From Polymyxa betae A26-41 (Eukaryota > Protista > Endomyxa: Phytomyxea), in contig RBZT01000173.1 in assembly GCA_003693705.1 (NCBI GenBank), forward strand, positions 1-32,863: DNA of 32,863 bases, written 5' to 3'. The position numbers were made by a program, and so were the translations under genes. Each line of letters opens with the position of its first letter. Within the stretch, counting starts at the first letter, position 1. The notes below the pieces were generated by a model. The model saw only the letters and a program-made list of their open reading frames with translations, was not told the origin of the DNA and searched no databases. Below are positions 23,583 to 32,863 of this stretch, in pieces.

Positions 23583-24515
23583 TCACATTATAGTTCGTGA
23601 ATGATTCCATAAATCCTCGTCATGTAATATTCGTTTCTTTTCATCGTGTCCATGTAAATAATTGGCATGAACAATGACCGGACCTTGTGGATATCTCACC
23701 CAATCATATCCTTCAATCCACATGATCTTCCCGTTCGGGAATACCGACCCCGGCACCGTATAATGAGCGTACTGGCCCGCGATGTTGTTCTTGGCCCGAT
23801 TCAACGCGACCTGATCGTCCTCGGTCGGATCGCTATTCGCGAACACGATCCATTCGTGAATGAGTTGTTGCGATGTTTGTTTGGGCGTGAAATACAGCAG
23901 ACACGAGCACCAATACCCATCGGCGCCATCTTCGGAGACGATCAGATCGAGATCGGTGTGATTGGCGAGAATCGGCTCGAACACGCGATACGGATTGCTT
24001 CTATAAGCTGTATCAACATCGGAATAGAACACCGAATATCCCAGCTCAAGAAGCGCCTTCAGCATGCTCGGTCGCGATCGCGTCAGCTTTCGGAATCCGT
24101 TCGAGGCGTATTCGACCGCGGGCGTCTCCGCTTCCGTTGAGATCGGGAGCAGGACGCGATTCGTGTGATTTAACGCCCAATATGTTCGATTATCATAGGC
24201 CATAATCACGTAATTCTCAACACCAACTCGGGACGCCATTCGTCGCCAATCGTCGAACATATCCAGATAGCCCCAATTGACGCCCACCACCGTGATTCGA
24301 TTCTGGTCGTCCGCGAATCGATCCAGGAAACAGGTCGACGGCGGCCAGGGGTCGTACTGACCCGGGCAGGAGGCGATCGCTGGTTGAGGCGCTCTTGGAT
24401 TCAGATAGCGGCTGAGCAATGATCCGATTAGACATGTTGATAGCCCGATGAATGTGAGGACGACGAGAAGTCGAGCACGTCGAGAGGAGCGTCTTGAACG
24501 CGTTTCTAACAGCAT
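23583..24515 (-). CDS. GT77 / nucleotide-diphospho-sugar transferase family protein, ~310 aa
   Basis: Likely ATG at 24515 ahead of a basic tail and TM (RRARLLVVLTFIGLSTCLIGSLL). Motifs NWGYLDM..W, LLELGYSVFYSDVD....NPY, DDQVALN, FPNG and IVHANY....KK....LW. Confidence 0.92.
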   Translation of the reverse strand: MLLETRSRRSSRRARLLVVLTFIGLSTCLIGSLLSRYLNPRAPQPAIASCPGQYDPWPPSTCFLDRFADDQNRITVVGVNWGYLDMFDDWRRMASRVGVENYVIMAYDNRTYWALNHTNRVLLPISTEAETPAVEYASNGFRKLTRSRPSMLKALLELGYSVFYSDVDTAYRSNPYRVFEPILANHTDLDLIVSEDGADGYWCSCLLYFTPKQTSQQLIHEWIVFANSDPTEDDQVALNRAKNNIAGQYAHYTVPGSVFPNGKIMWIEGYDWVRYPQGPVIVHANYLHGHDEKKRILHDEDLWNHSRTIM

Positions 24516-24604
24516 TGAGACAGCTCCATATGTGACTGGAATTTCTAGCAGCAATAAAGACCGTCTCAAATAGAGCATGATGTGTTTATTAATAGGTCTG
24601 ATTT

Positions 24605-25874
24605 CTAGCCATAGATATACGCAGGATGATTTCGGCAGCGTTCTGGCACTTGTTGATGGAAATTCGCATCGCCGCTGCGACGATATTCGGGCCATAGAGC
24701 AGTAATGTGACTATGCGAGAAGTCGGTCATGGCCGGATCCAGAATATGGCCAACATAATCGCCATGATAATCGCGTGGTAATGGGAACCCTTTGGAATAT
24801 GGGGAATACTGCCCACAAAGGAACGCATCGTGATCAACGACATCGTCGTGGATCTGCGGAAACACGACCTGCGACAGCCACTCTTGATCGTCGAATTTGT
24901 CGGCGTTCGGGAGCTTGGGCGTCACGAAGTTCGTGATGCTTGCGGCGACGTCTTCCCCAATCTGCCTTCGTAATATTGGAGCATAGACAGCCCACATTCC
25001 CTGAATGCTTTCAGAGATCGTATTGAATGAATTGGTCTCGTCTTACCCCGAGCATGGTGGTTGTATGAGCTGGATGATCTCTCATAATGTGATAGGATTT
25101 GTTCGATCTCAGCCAGTAATGAACCGATGAGATCTCTCTGGCTGAAATACGAGAATCTGTATCCCGAAACATGAAGTAATCGATGGTTGAATCATTGAGA
25201 GCCAAATATCGGAATATTCGACGAGCTTCACCCCAATCTGTGAAGCTATCTGGCAGAACTCGGACCTCGCCACCAGCAGCACGAATCTCGTTCAACGAAC
25301 TCTCCGGAACCGTGTTATCCACAACAAACAGAGCCTTCCACGATAGATAATACAGAGGAACCGATCTGGCATTGAACACAGCCCCGACTAGATCCATAGG
25401 GCGATCTCCATATACAGTGAATGCAACGAATTTGCGAGCTGTTAGATAGCCAGGACGGGCATAATGACTTAAGCTTTGAGATCCATCTTGGAAAGATTCT
25501 TCGGACGAATCCGTTTCACTAATAAACTCGTGAGATATTATTTCATGAAATGTCTCTTTACATCTCACCCGAGATAGGTAAAGTTGACGTGAGGTTTTGG
25601 CTGCAATTTGGATCTGAAATGTAAAGAGCATAATACCAATAGTAAGGGAACCAGGGACAGAGCAATCGCTGCCTGAAATCTCTTCGGATCGCTCCAATAA
25701 CCCATTGCTATGGCGTTCCGCAGTAAGCTGAAGACGTTGGGAATCAGCACGAACGCTTTCAGTGGTTCGATATCGTCGTACAGGACCTTGATTCAGCAGT
25801 CCGAGTATGACTGACATGCCCATAGTGATGATACAGATTGGACCGCAGCTGCCTCTCAATAGTGATGATTGCAT
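24605..25874 (-). CDS. RDxDSR/RDHPxH family protein, paralog B
   Basis: FTVYGD, RRIFRYL, FRDTDSRISARE and YHIMRDHPAH. 46-nt intron 25046-25001 restores LG|GMWA at the same position as in paralog A; both proteins end in IYG*. Additional introns in the stem region are possible. Confidence 0.85.
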
Positions 25875-25953
25875 GGTCACTCAACGATAAACAGACGTTT
25901 TCCAACTCAACGAAACTTGTTTTTTTTTTATCAAAATTGACTCTATTTGATGA

Positions 25954-27288
25954 CTACTGATGAAGAATCCAGGAAGTGTTGCTCGCAGCGTCTGTTTCAT
26001 GTGATCGGATTGACAAGATCCGGAGCGAGAAGGTGCTGAGTGGAGATCCAACGAAGAAATCGGCTTCAGCACAGGACTGCTGCTCGATCACTGCCCTCAT
26101 GGCAGCACTGAATCTGCAAGCATCAGATCGATCTGGATCGCATCCTATCTGTTTCAATGCTGCAATTCCTTGACGCAGATAATCCCGATCGCCCGAGTCG
26201 CCATTCGTGATGACGAAAACCGATCGAATGGCTCCAGTTCGGTGCAGCTGATTCGCAGCCGAAATGAAGGAATCCATCGGGATCCGAATCAGATCTTCTC
26301 TGCGAACATGCATACAGAGCAATGGACGTTCATGAACAAGCGTCTGATTCCTGGCAAGAGCCTTAATATGACGATTATAAGGAAGATAATACTGGTCATG
26401 ATCGACAGCGAAGAACATCGTCTCTCCATTAATAAAGATTATTCTCTCCTTGGACCTCTGCAGCAGCGCTGCGGTCAAATTCGTGCCATCCACAGTCTCC
26501 ATCCTATCAAACGACAGAGTACTTTTATCGCATTGAAAGCTGCCTGGAAATCTTCCGGAGCCCAGCTGATCCGAAGACGATCTCACGAATGGAATAAGAT
26601 GAGATATGTTAGAGGCGAGGAAAGGCGTATGCGACCATGGCAGCAGCCAGCAATCAACAGACCACGATGAAGGGTTTCTTAGACGCCATGGTGCATCTTC
26701 GGGCGACTCGCCACAGGACAGATTCCTGTTGATTCCTTTCACGACATAATCGGATGCCACAGGATCGTCGTACAACCCCTGAATATGGCATCTATTCGGG
26801 CTCAGATACGAATTCATCACATCCAGGTCCAGAATCTGCAGCCACGACAGACTGAAATCAGCATGATCCTCCATTGCCGTTATTGTTGGTGGATAAACTA
26901 GAATCTTGCGACCCGATAGGTTGGCGTAATAGATAGCGTTGCTGAGCGACATGATGTTGTTCGATAAACGACCATAACCGGAATAGGCAAGAAACCGATC
27001 TTGAGGTAAAGTCCCATAGATTAGCGATGAAGGTTTTGGAGGAGGTTGCGGGTGCAGGATCGTTAGGTGAAGGACCTTATAGCTGATAACAATGAGAACA
27101 GCAATCATAGCCAGGATCGATGTATATGCAAGTCTCCAATGACATCGCCTGCTTTGATTAAGGGCAGCGAGGGCATCTTCAGCATCCTCAGACATGAAGA
27201 TTCTGCTCGATCGGCGTTCGATTTGATGGAGCTCAGCGGTCAGAATCAATGGATCCGACTCTTGATCCCTGCTTGAGCGTTCAGACAT
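25954..27288 (-). CDS. O-fucosyltransferase-family (POFUT GT65/GT68-like) type II membrane protein
   Basis: TM LAYTSILAMIAVLIVISY; GYGRLSNNIMSL..AIYYA...GR.LV; MHVRRED; VFVITN; VIEQQSCAEADFFVGSPLSTFSLRI. First ATG at 27288. Confidence 0.88.
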   Translation of the reverse strand: MSERSSRDQESDPLILTAELHQIERRSSRIFMSEDAEDALAALNQSRRCHWRLAYTSILAMIAVLIVISYKVLHLTILHPQPPPKPSSLIYGTLPQDRFLAYSGYGRLSNNIMSLSNAIYYANLSGRKILVYPPTITAMEDHADFSLSWLQILDLDVMNSYLSPNRCHIQGLYDDPVASDYVVKGINRNLSCGESPEDAPWRLRNPSSWSVDCWLLPWSHTPFLASNISHLIPFVRSSSDQLGSGRFPGSFQCDKSTLSFDRMETVDGTNLTAALLQRSKERIIFINGETMFFAVDHDQYYLPYNRHIKALARNQTLVHERPLLCMHVRREDLIRIPMDSFISAANQLHRTGAIRSVFVITNGDSGDRDYLRQGIAALKQIGCDPDRSDACRFSAAMRAVIEQQSCAEADFFVGSPLSTFSLRILSIRSHETDAASNTSWILHQ

Positions 27289-27475
27289 GACCGAAGTTAG
27301 GTGAAGCGACAAAGCCAAGCATGAGCGTCACTGCAGTTGTACCTAGCAGCAGCCATAGAGAGCCAAAATGCCAATATAACTCAGTGCAGAGCAAAAAATT
27401 GCAAAACTGAGACGCGTTCAGATCAGAATATAGGCAGTAATATTATAATACTAATAGAAATGTTTTAAGGGGGGT

Positions 27476-27953
27476 CAGGGTATTCAGAAACTAGTGAATT
27501 GTTGCCATTGTTCACTGGACATTTCCAAAGTGCGCCGTGCCCACCCCCGTTCCGGCCGATAGAGATATCACGCACTGAATTATTACGGTCCTCAGAACTG
27601 GGCAGATCCAAAAATGCGCGATACGCTGATGCCCTAACAGGCCTACCTGTAACTGGTTCGAGATACTCAGTGAATTATTTCCACTGTCCACAGAAAATGG
27701 GCATTTCCAAAAGTGCGCGACGCGCTCACCCAGTCCGAGATACTCAGTGAAATTTTTCCATTGTCCACAGTATATGCCTATATGGGCTTTTACAAAAGTG
27801 CGCGATGCGCTCACCCAGTCCAAGATTCTCAGTGAAATTTTCCATTGTCCAGAGAACATGGGCATTTCCAAAAGTGCGCGATGCGCTGATGAGTGATGCC
27901 CAAACTGGTTCAAGATACGGTACCTAGTCAGTGAATTTGCAGATATCACCCTG
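27476..27953. repeat. Degenerate ~80-100 bp tandem array (~5 units), possibly a non-autonomous transposon
   Basis: Recurring CAGTGAA.TT.TTCCA.TGTCCA...GGGCATTTCCAAAAGTGCGCGA.GCGCT...AGATA. The array is bracketed by CAGGGT (27476) and ACCCTG (27948-27953). Confidence 0.75.
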
Positions 27954-28298
27954 ATTTTGTATGGGTCCAGGACCCACGCAGTTTTTTCCTCTGCCCTCGT
28001 TGTGGGAATCTTGTTATCACTTTTCGTGCATACAATGCTGATGGGGTTGCCCCATTGTCGGGGCCTTAAGCACAAGTCGAAGGCATCGTTATATTGCTTG
28101 CATTTGTGCTGTTCAGATCATCATGTCGGGAATCCACATCAGCAACAATTGTCACGAAATGATTCGGAGGAGATTCTCTGTTGCGACGACAAAAAGGTAT
28201 ACAAGGCATACGAAGTAAGGAAATAACAGTAATGTTTCTTCTATTGCAATTACCGTGAAATCTGTTTTTTATTTAAGCTTTACAAAGGAGCAAGCGAT

Positions 28299-29009
28299 TT
28301 GCAGAAAAACGCTGAAGCATGTACAGCTTTCCAGAAGGAGCGATTCATTCTGTCCTTGTTTGCGCTAAGACTTGATTCTGAGGAAGCCCAGCAATTCCTC
28401 AGAATCAAACAGGAAGAATCATTAATTGGTGTTGAGCTAGCTTTAGCTGGTAAGAAACGAGGGGTAGCCCGGCTGCAAGAAAAAGCCTTAGGCTTGCCAA
28501 AATTGATTCGTTCATTAATCATTAAAATCAAAACAGTCAATTAGATTGTAGTTGGACCAACGTGGTTCCCAAAATGCTCTAGATATCAGGTCTCCTTGTA
28601 GTTTTCGAAGCATATCAGCATCCTAAATGCGAGCGAACTTGCTAGATCATCTTTCGCTCTTCATTCCAACCTTTATTATCAGCTCTTTGAGCGTTAATCG
28701 TGAAAGGATGGTTTGCCTGGAACCGTTTGTCAAGTATGTACTCTGAATCCAGATTGCTCTGGGCGCTGTTAATAATCCAGGATCAAATTATGCAATATAA
28801 CGCAAGTCTTCATAACTGAGTACATTGCATCGCGAGACCACAACTTAAATGAAAAGTCAAGATGTGAAAGCGTGCTTGGAGCATCCCAAATTCTCGTTCG
28901 ATGTCTTTACGCTTGTTTTCCTGCTTTAGATGCAAATAGCTCCTGTTTCCCCGCTATCAGATTGGATATGGTGAATTAGATAGATTCCACCAGCTAGCCC
29001 AAACGGTAC
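28299..29009 (-). mobile_element. PIF/Harbinger DNA transposon relic (transposase C-terminal half, frameshifted)
   Basis: Minus-strand fragments LAGGIY, KQELFA, RKDIEREFGMLQARFHIL, KLWSRDAMYSVMKTCVILHNLIL and KLQGDLI..EH match the Harbinger LADGIYP, RKDVERAFGVLQARF, C.ILHN and L..DL.EH.W motifs. Convergent + ORF 28299-28544 may be the tail of the accessory ORF. Confidence 0.85.
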
Positions 29010-29317
29010 TGTGTAAATATGGCCATTTACCTGGAAGTGTGGTGCTTTAAAGAGACATAGACACAGAAAGGTGAGCGGAATGAGACCTGCCGTGTGTATT
29101 CGAAAAAAGAATGAGTAAAAACGGGAGAGAGAGAATCACAGGAGCAACAGCAAACTAGTAGAGGCTGCAAACTCAGTGTCTTGTCTGCGGACAAGACAAT
29201 GCGATATGGCCATGTCAGGAGGCCGCGGCCAGTCTTGAACGACCATGGCGTGAGACTGATCGCGTACCACGGCGACCGTTACTTCTGGAGGCCGCGTCAT
29301 GCTGTCGGGGCACGACA
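29010..29317 (-). repeat. Putative 3' LTR (~308 bp) with upstream polypurine tract
   Basis: On the minus strand GGGGGGTGATTA precedes TGTCG (29317). The segment ends ...TACACA at 29010, where Harbinger homology begins. No second copy is in the window. Confidence 0.6.
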
Positions 29318-31350
29318 TAATCACCCCCCGAATGAGATGCCGGCTGGTTGCGGAGACGTGCCCATTAATCGGCAATGACCTGGACATCATTAAAGTTCGT
29401 AGCCGGTTCTCAGAATCTTCGCCCGGGGCGAAGTTCTTCCATCGTTCAAGGTACTGTACGTCGTTTGAATGGGGTGTCACGGTGCGATAAGTTCTTGTCA
29501 ACGATGAAAGATAAGGGGCCATGACCCGGGTCGCGTGAAACCAACTTCAACTGTGACGGGGCGACACTGCGAGAGATAAACGTTTGATCACTGTCCACTA
29601 ACTGATAACTTCCTCCCTTCGTTCGTCGGAGTACCTCAAACGGGCCCTCAATGTAAGGGCGGTTTTTATCCGAGCGCGTCGGATCCATCTCCATGACGTA
29701 GCTGCCGACAGGAAAGGGTTCTTTGAGAATACGATGCGTTTTAACAAAAGATACAATGGCTCGCGAAGCGCGTCCAGATTCTCGGTCAGAATTAGCGGGA
29801 AACAAAATGCCAGAAAACCAGCGCAGTCGCTCTTTCACAAGATTGAAGTCCGAGGTAGGCGACGAATAGCAGGTCTGAAAAATAATCGACAGCTGCACAG
29901 CGGGAACCTATCGGTCCCACTGTCGATCTTCACTTTCCAGTAGTTTCCGGATGGCACGGCATGAGGTTTGTACTGTGCGTTCAGCCAAACCATTAGCAAG
30001 TGGGTGATACTTAGTTGCGGAGCGGTGATCGATGCCAACTTCCTTCGTCATCAGTTGCATAAGTTGATTGACGAACTCCGAGCCATTGTCAGACTGAACG
30101 ATGCGAGGGAAGCCAAAATCACAAAAAATCATAACCAATGCCTTGGAAACGGAGGTAGCCGATTTGTCAAGAAGGGCATGTGTCAGCTGACATGCAGAGC
30201 GGCGCCTATTCCAACATCAGACGCGTCCGTCGCTACCTTAACTGCTTGCTTAAAGTCCAGAAAATGCAGGAAAATGCCGTGACGGAGAATGTCTTTCAAG
30301 CCGCTGAATGCTTGCCGACGTTCGTACGACCAGTCGGAATCTCCAATGTGTGGTAATTTCCGCATTGACTCTAGTGGAGCCGCAACCGTCGAGTAACAGG
30401 GAATAAAGTCCCAGAAATAATTGATCAATCCCAGGTAGCGCTCCATTTGGTTACCGCTGGTAGGCGGAGGCCAATTGTCGACATCCACTTATTTGCGCCT
30501 GTCCACGGAAATGCCGTCTTTTGTGAACGTGTGGCCCAGAAGATGAAGCGATGGTCTGAAGAAGTGAGACTTCTTCAGGCTTACTCGTAGATTGGCATCA
30601 GTTAATCGGTCCAAAGTGTCGATCAAATCTTCGAGGTGTTCCTCCGGAAAGCTCGAGCCAACCGGTATGTCGTCAAGAAATGGGATTGCAATGTCGAACC
30701 TTCAAGAACACGTTTCATGGTGCGCTGTAGCACAGATGATGTCGTCAACCCGAAAGGCGCTCCAACGAATATAAGATGCCGTCCTTGCCCAGTAAACAAA
30801 AGCTTTTCGCGATAAGGCTCATGAACTGGAAGCTGTAAAAACTCTGTTCTAAATCCATCGCACTTAAGATACTTTTGCCTGCGAGGACCTGGAAAATTTC
30901 GGATACGAGAGGTAGGGGTACCTGTCTGGCAACAGTAGAGCGTTGAGAGCTCTGGGGTCTATGCAAACCCGCTTCGGTTTCTTCTGGCCAGTAACCTCGT
31001 CCCTCTTCAGAGCAACTAATAGTGAAAGGTTCCATTGACACCCTCGGGGGGCATCCGTGACCTTGCCATTCTGTATCCATTCCCTCACTTGATCGTGAAC
31101 GACCGTCTTCCCATGATGAGGTATTGGATACTGCCGACGATAAACTGGCTGGCTCTGGCCCGTCTCGAGGTGAACAACGGCCTCCTGTAGTGAACAGAAA
31201 CTGTTAAGTGGTATAGCTTGTTGCGTCGGATAGCGTGAAAAAGAAGTGGATGCGAAGTTAATGGATGGGGTTCAGCGTTCTGATGAGTCTCAACGAGTGG
31301 TGGAGTAACATCCTCAGGTGGAGAGGTCTGAGAGGCGGTCACGGAGTGCG
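29010..31350 (-). mobile_element. Decayed Ty3/Gypsy chromovirus-type LTR retrotransposon (RT-RNaseH-integrase-chromodomain), 5'-truncated
   Basis: RT: RVCIDPRALN..DRYP, AMDL and FLDDI (~30670). Connection: YLGLINYF. RNase H: TDASDVGIGA. Integrase: FGFPRIVQSDNGSEF and YHPLANGLAER. GPF motif; chromodomain VDKNLSHR/YLERWKNF. Many stops and frameshifts; the right boundary is approximate. Confidence 0.93.
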
Positions 31351-31560
31351 GCAGTTGGAGGCCGAGGCCGAGGAGACAGTTCGCACATAGTTTCCTTCAC
31401 AAATTCTTGCCAATACTCTACCACTAACTTCATCATTGCTAATAGCCTTTCTGCATACAGACATATACAATCACTCATAGCATTTTTGCATACAAACATA
31501 TACAATCACCTATATCTCTTCTTCTGTGATTTATTCATGGCGTTCATCTAGAATTTGCGC

Positions 31561-31622
31561 AATCTGATCTTTCGTCAGATTGTCCGGGCATGCGTATACG
31601 GGATGCCCGGGCTTCTCGCAGT
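31561..31622 (+). other. Two adjacent hairpins; the second resembles a Helitron 3' terminus
   Basis: AATCTGA/TCAGATT at 31561-31581; CCGGGCAT...ATGCCCGG at 31584-31610 with an inner palindrome CGTATACG, followed by GCTTCTCGCAGT. Confidence 0.5.
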
Positions 31623-31737
31623 GATAGCAGATCAACCCCTAAAAAAAATGCGAACGTGTTGATAATCCTCCCACAAGGTTATTTTCCCATACAACACCCG
31701 CCCTTTCGCCCATCTCAAAAACCGCTTTTGTTAATTT

Positions 31738-32010
31738 TTCAATTTGTCATTTTCCAATTTCCATTTCTAAAAATATCACGTTATAACACCCAATAACGTA
31801 ATAACCCTAACTCCAAACCCTAATTTCAAAAAAAATCAATTTGTCATTTTCCAATTTCAATTTCTAAAAATATCATTCCAAAAAAATTTTCCACCCAAAT
31901 AAAATTATTTTCCCAAACCCTAATCTCAAAAAATACCCAGATTGTCATTTTCCAATTTCAATTTCTAAAAATATCATTCCCAAAAAACTTTTCCACCCAA
32001 ATATATTTTT
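31738..32010. repeat. Three ~100-bp AT-rich direct repeats containing AAACCCTAA
   Basis: TTGTCATTTTCCAATTTC.ATTTCTAAAAATATCA at ~31741, ~31838 and ~31941. Confidence 0.9.
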
Positions 32011-32134
32011 CTTTTAAACTCAAAATTAATTTTCAAATCAAACAATAAAATCAATTCAAAAAACAAAACCAACAACAAAACCCACCCCGCCCAATCAGGG
32101 AAAAAACTAAAAATTATAATAGGGTGTAATTGTA

Positions 32135-32326
32135 ATGGTAAATGGTTATTTAAAGTGTAAATTTTGTGGTTATTATAAGCAATACAATAATTTAACAGAA
32201 GCAAAATTTTTTGATAAAGATTTAAAATTTCATAACTCTTTTTGTAATCACCAGAAAAATATCGAATTGAGTAGAAATATAATAAAAGATATTATTAAAA
32301 AAAATATGAAAAAACTGAAAATTTAA
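32135..32326 (+). CDS. Small AT-rich hypothetical protein with possible CxxC...HxxxC zinc site
   Basis: 63-aa ATG-initiated ORF containing CKFC and HNSFC in very AT-rich DNA. Confidence 0.45.
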   Translation: MVNGYLKCKFCGYYKQYNNLTEAKFFDKDLKFHNSFCNHQKNIELSRNIIKDIIKKNMKKLKI

Positions 32327-32360
32327 CTTTAAAAGAAAAAAATGATTGTAATATATAGAA

Positions 32361-32822
32361 ATGAAATATTATAAAATTGAATATGTAGATATATCAGAAA
32401 TTGTAAATAAAAATATTGTTAGGGAAGCGCCTAAATTATTAACTGAATACGATAAATTACAATATCTAAGAAGGCCATTGGAAATCTTTACGAATAAAAA
32501 GTTTTTACAATCAATCAAAGAACAATAATTAGTTTTAGTATCTTTGAAATATGATTTATCATTAAATCCATTGAATGAAGAAACACAATTATTGCTAAAA
32601 ATTGAAGAAAGGCAATATAAATATATGGTTTATTATACTAAAATAGCAAGTTTAATTATTGATAATGAAATTGAAAGAGCTGAAAAACTTTTTGAAAAGG
32701 CAAAGGAAAATGCCATTGAATATTTAGAAATGGTAAGAGAGTTAAATGAAGATGCTTTTTATTTAAATATATCTCAAAAAATTCAAATTTTTTTATGTAT
32801 TGTGAATTTCAAATTAATTTGA
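32361..32822 (+). pseudogene. AT-rich helical hypothetical ORF (~153 codons) with one internal stop
   Basis: ATG 32361 (MKYYKIEYVDISE...) is in frame with ORF 32544-32822 and is broken only by TAA at 32526-32528. Confidence 0.55.
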
Positions 32823-32863
32823 GAAAAAATAATCAGTAATTAATTTAATTTAATTTCTTTTTC

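Noticed and set aside
24516-24695. N-terminal extension of the GT77 ORF overlapping RDHP-B
   Set aside because: It overlaps the upstream gene's last exon; ATG 24515 gives a typical short tail plus TM.
3739-27288. Bacterial O-antigen/capsule operon or bacterial contaminant
   Set aside because: Phase-consistent spliceosomal introns, mixed strands, type II anchors and eukaryotic transposons; no flippase, polymerase or ABC exporter.
27476-27953. CRISPR-like array, or the 187-aa ORF 27512-28075
   Set aside because: Units are degenerate along their whole length with no unique spacers and no cas genes, in a eukaryotic context; the ORF is a repeat translation.
31800-31925. True telomere
   Set aside because: Only isolated AACCCTAA units inside larger repeats, not a tandem terminal array.
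32526-32528. TAA reassigned to Gln (alternative genetic code)
   Set aside because: Only one instance; TAA ends the neighbouring ORF and many cluster genes, so a nonsense mutation is simpler.

Overview
Eukaryotic nuclear DNA: compact genes with GT-AG introns, many only 46-55 nt. The style suggests a small-genome protist, possibly a phytomyxid, but the taxon cannot be established from sequence alone. The main content is a run of 14 recognisable genes across ~26 kb (1000-27288). After splicing, every one is a predicted single-pass N-anchored (Golgi type II-like) glycan-building or glycan-modifying enzyme. They are a GT32, a nucleotide-sugar SDR fused to a DxD GT-like domain, a STELLO/DUF288 protein, two paralogs of an uncharacterised RDxDSR/RDHPxH family, two divergent GT25-like paralogs, two different fucosyltransferase-fold proteins, two exostosin/GT47-like proteins, a filamin-Ig + PC-esterase O-acetyltransferase, an uncharacterised DxD protein and a GT77. 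This looks like a eukaryotic glycan biosynthetic gene cluster. It is bounded on the left by a multi-C2H2 zinc-finger pseudogene. On the right lie a minisatellite, a PIF/Harbinger relic interrupted by a decayed chromodomain Ty3/Gypsy element, a Helitron-like hairpin and an abruptly AT-rich, virus-like block. All family calls come from motif recognition and all splice models from manual phase checking; no database searches were run.
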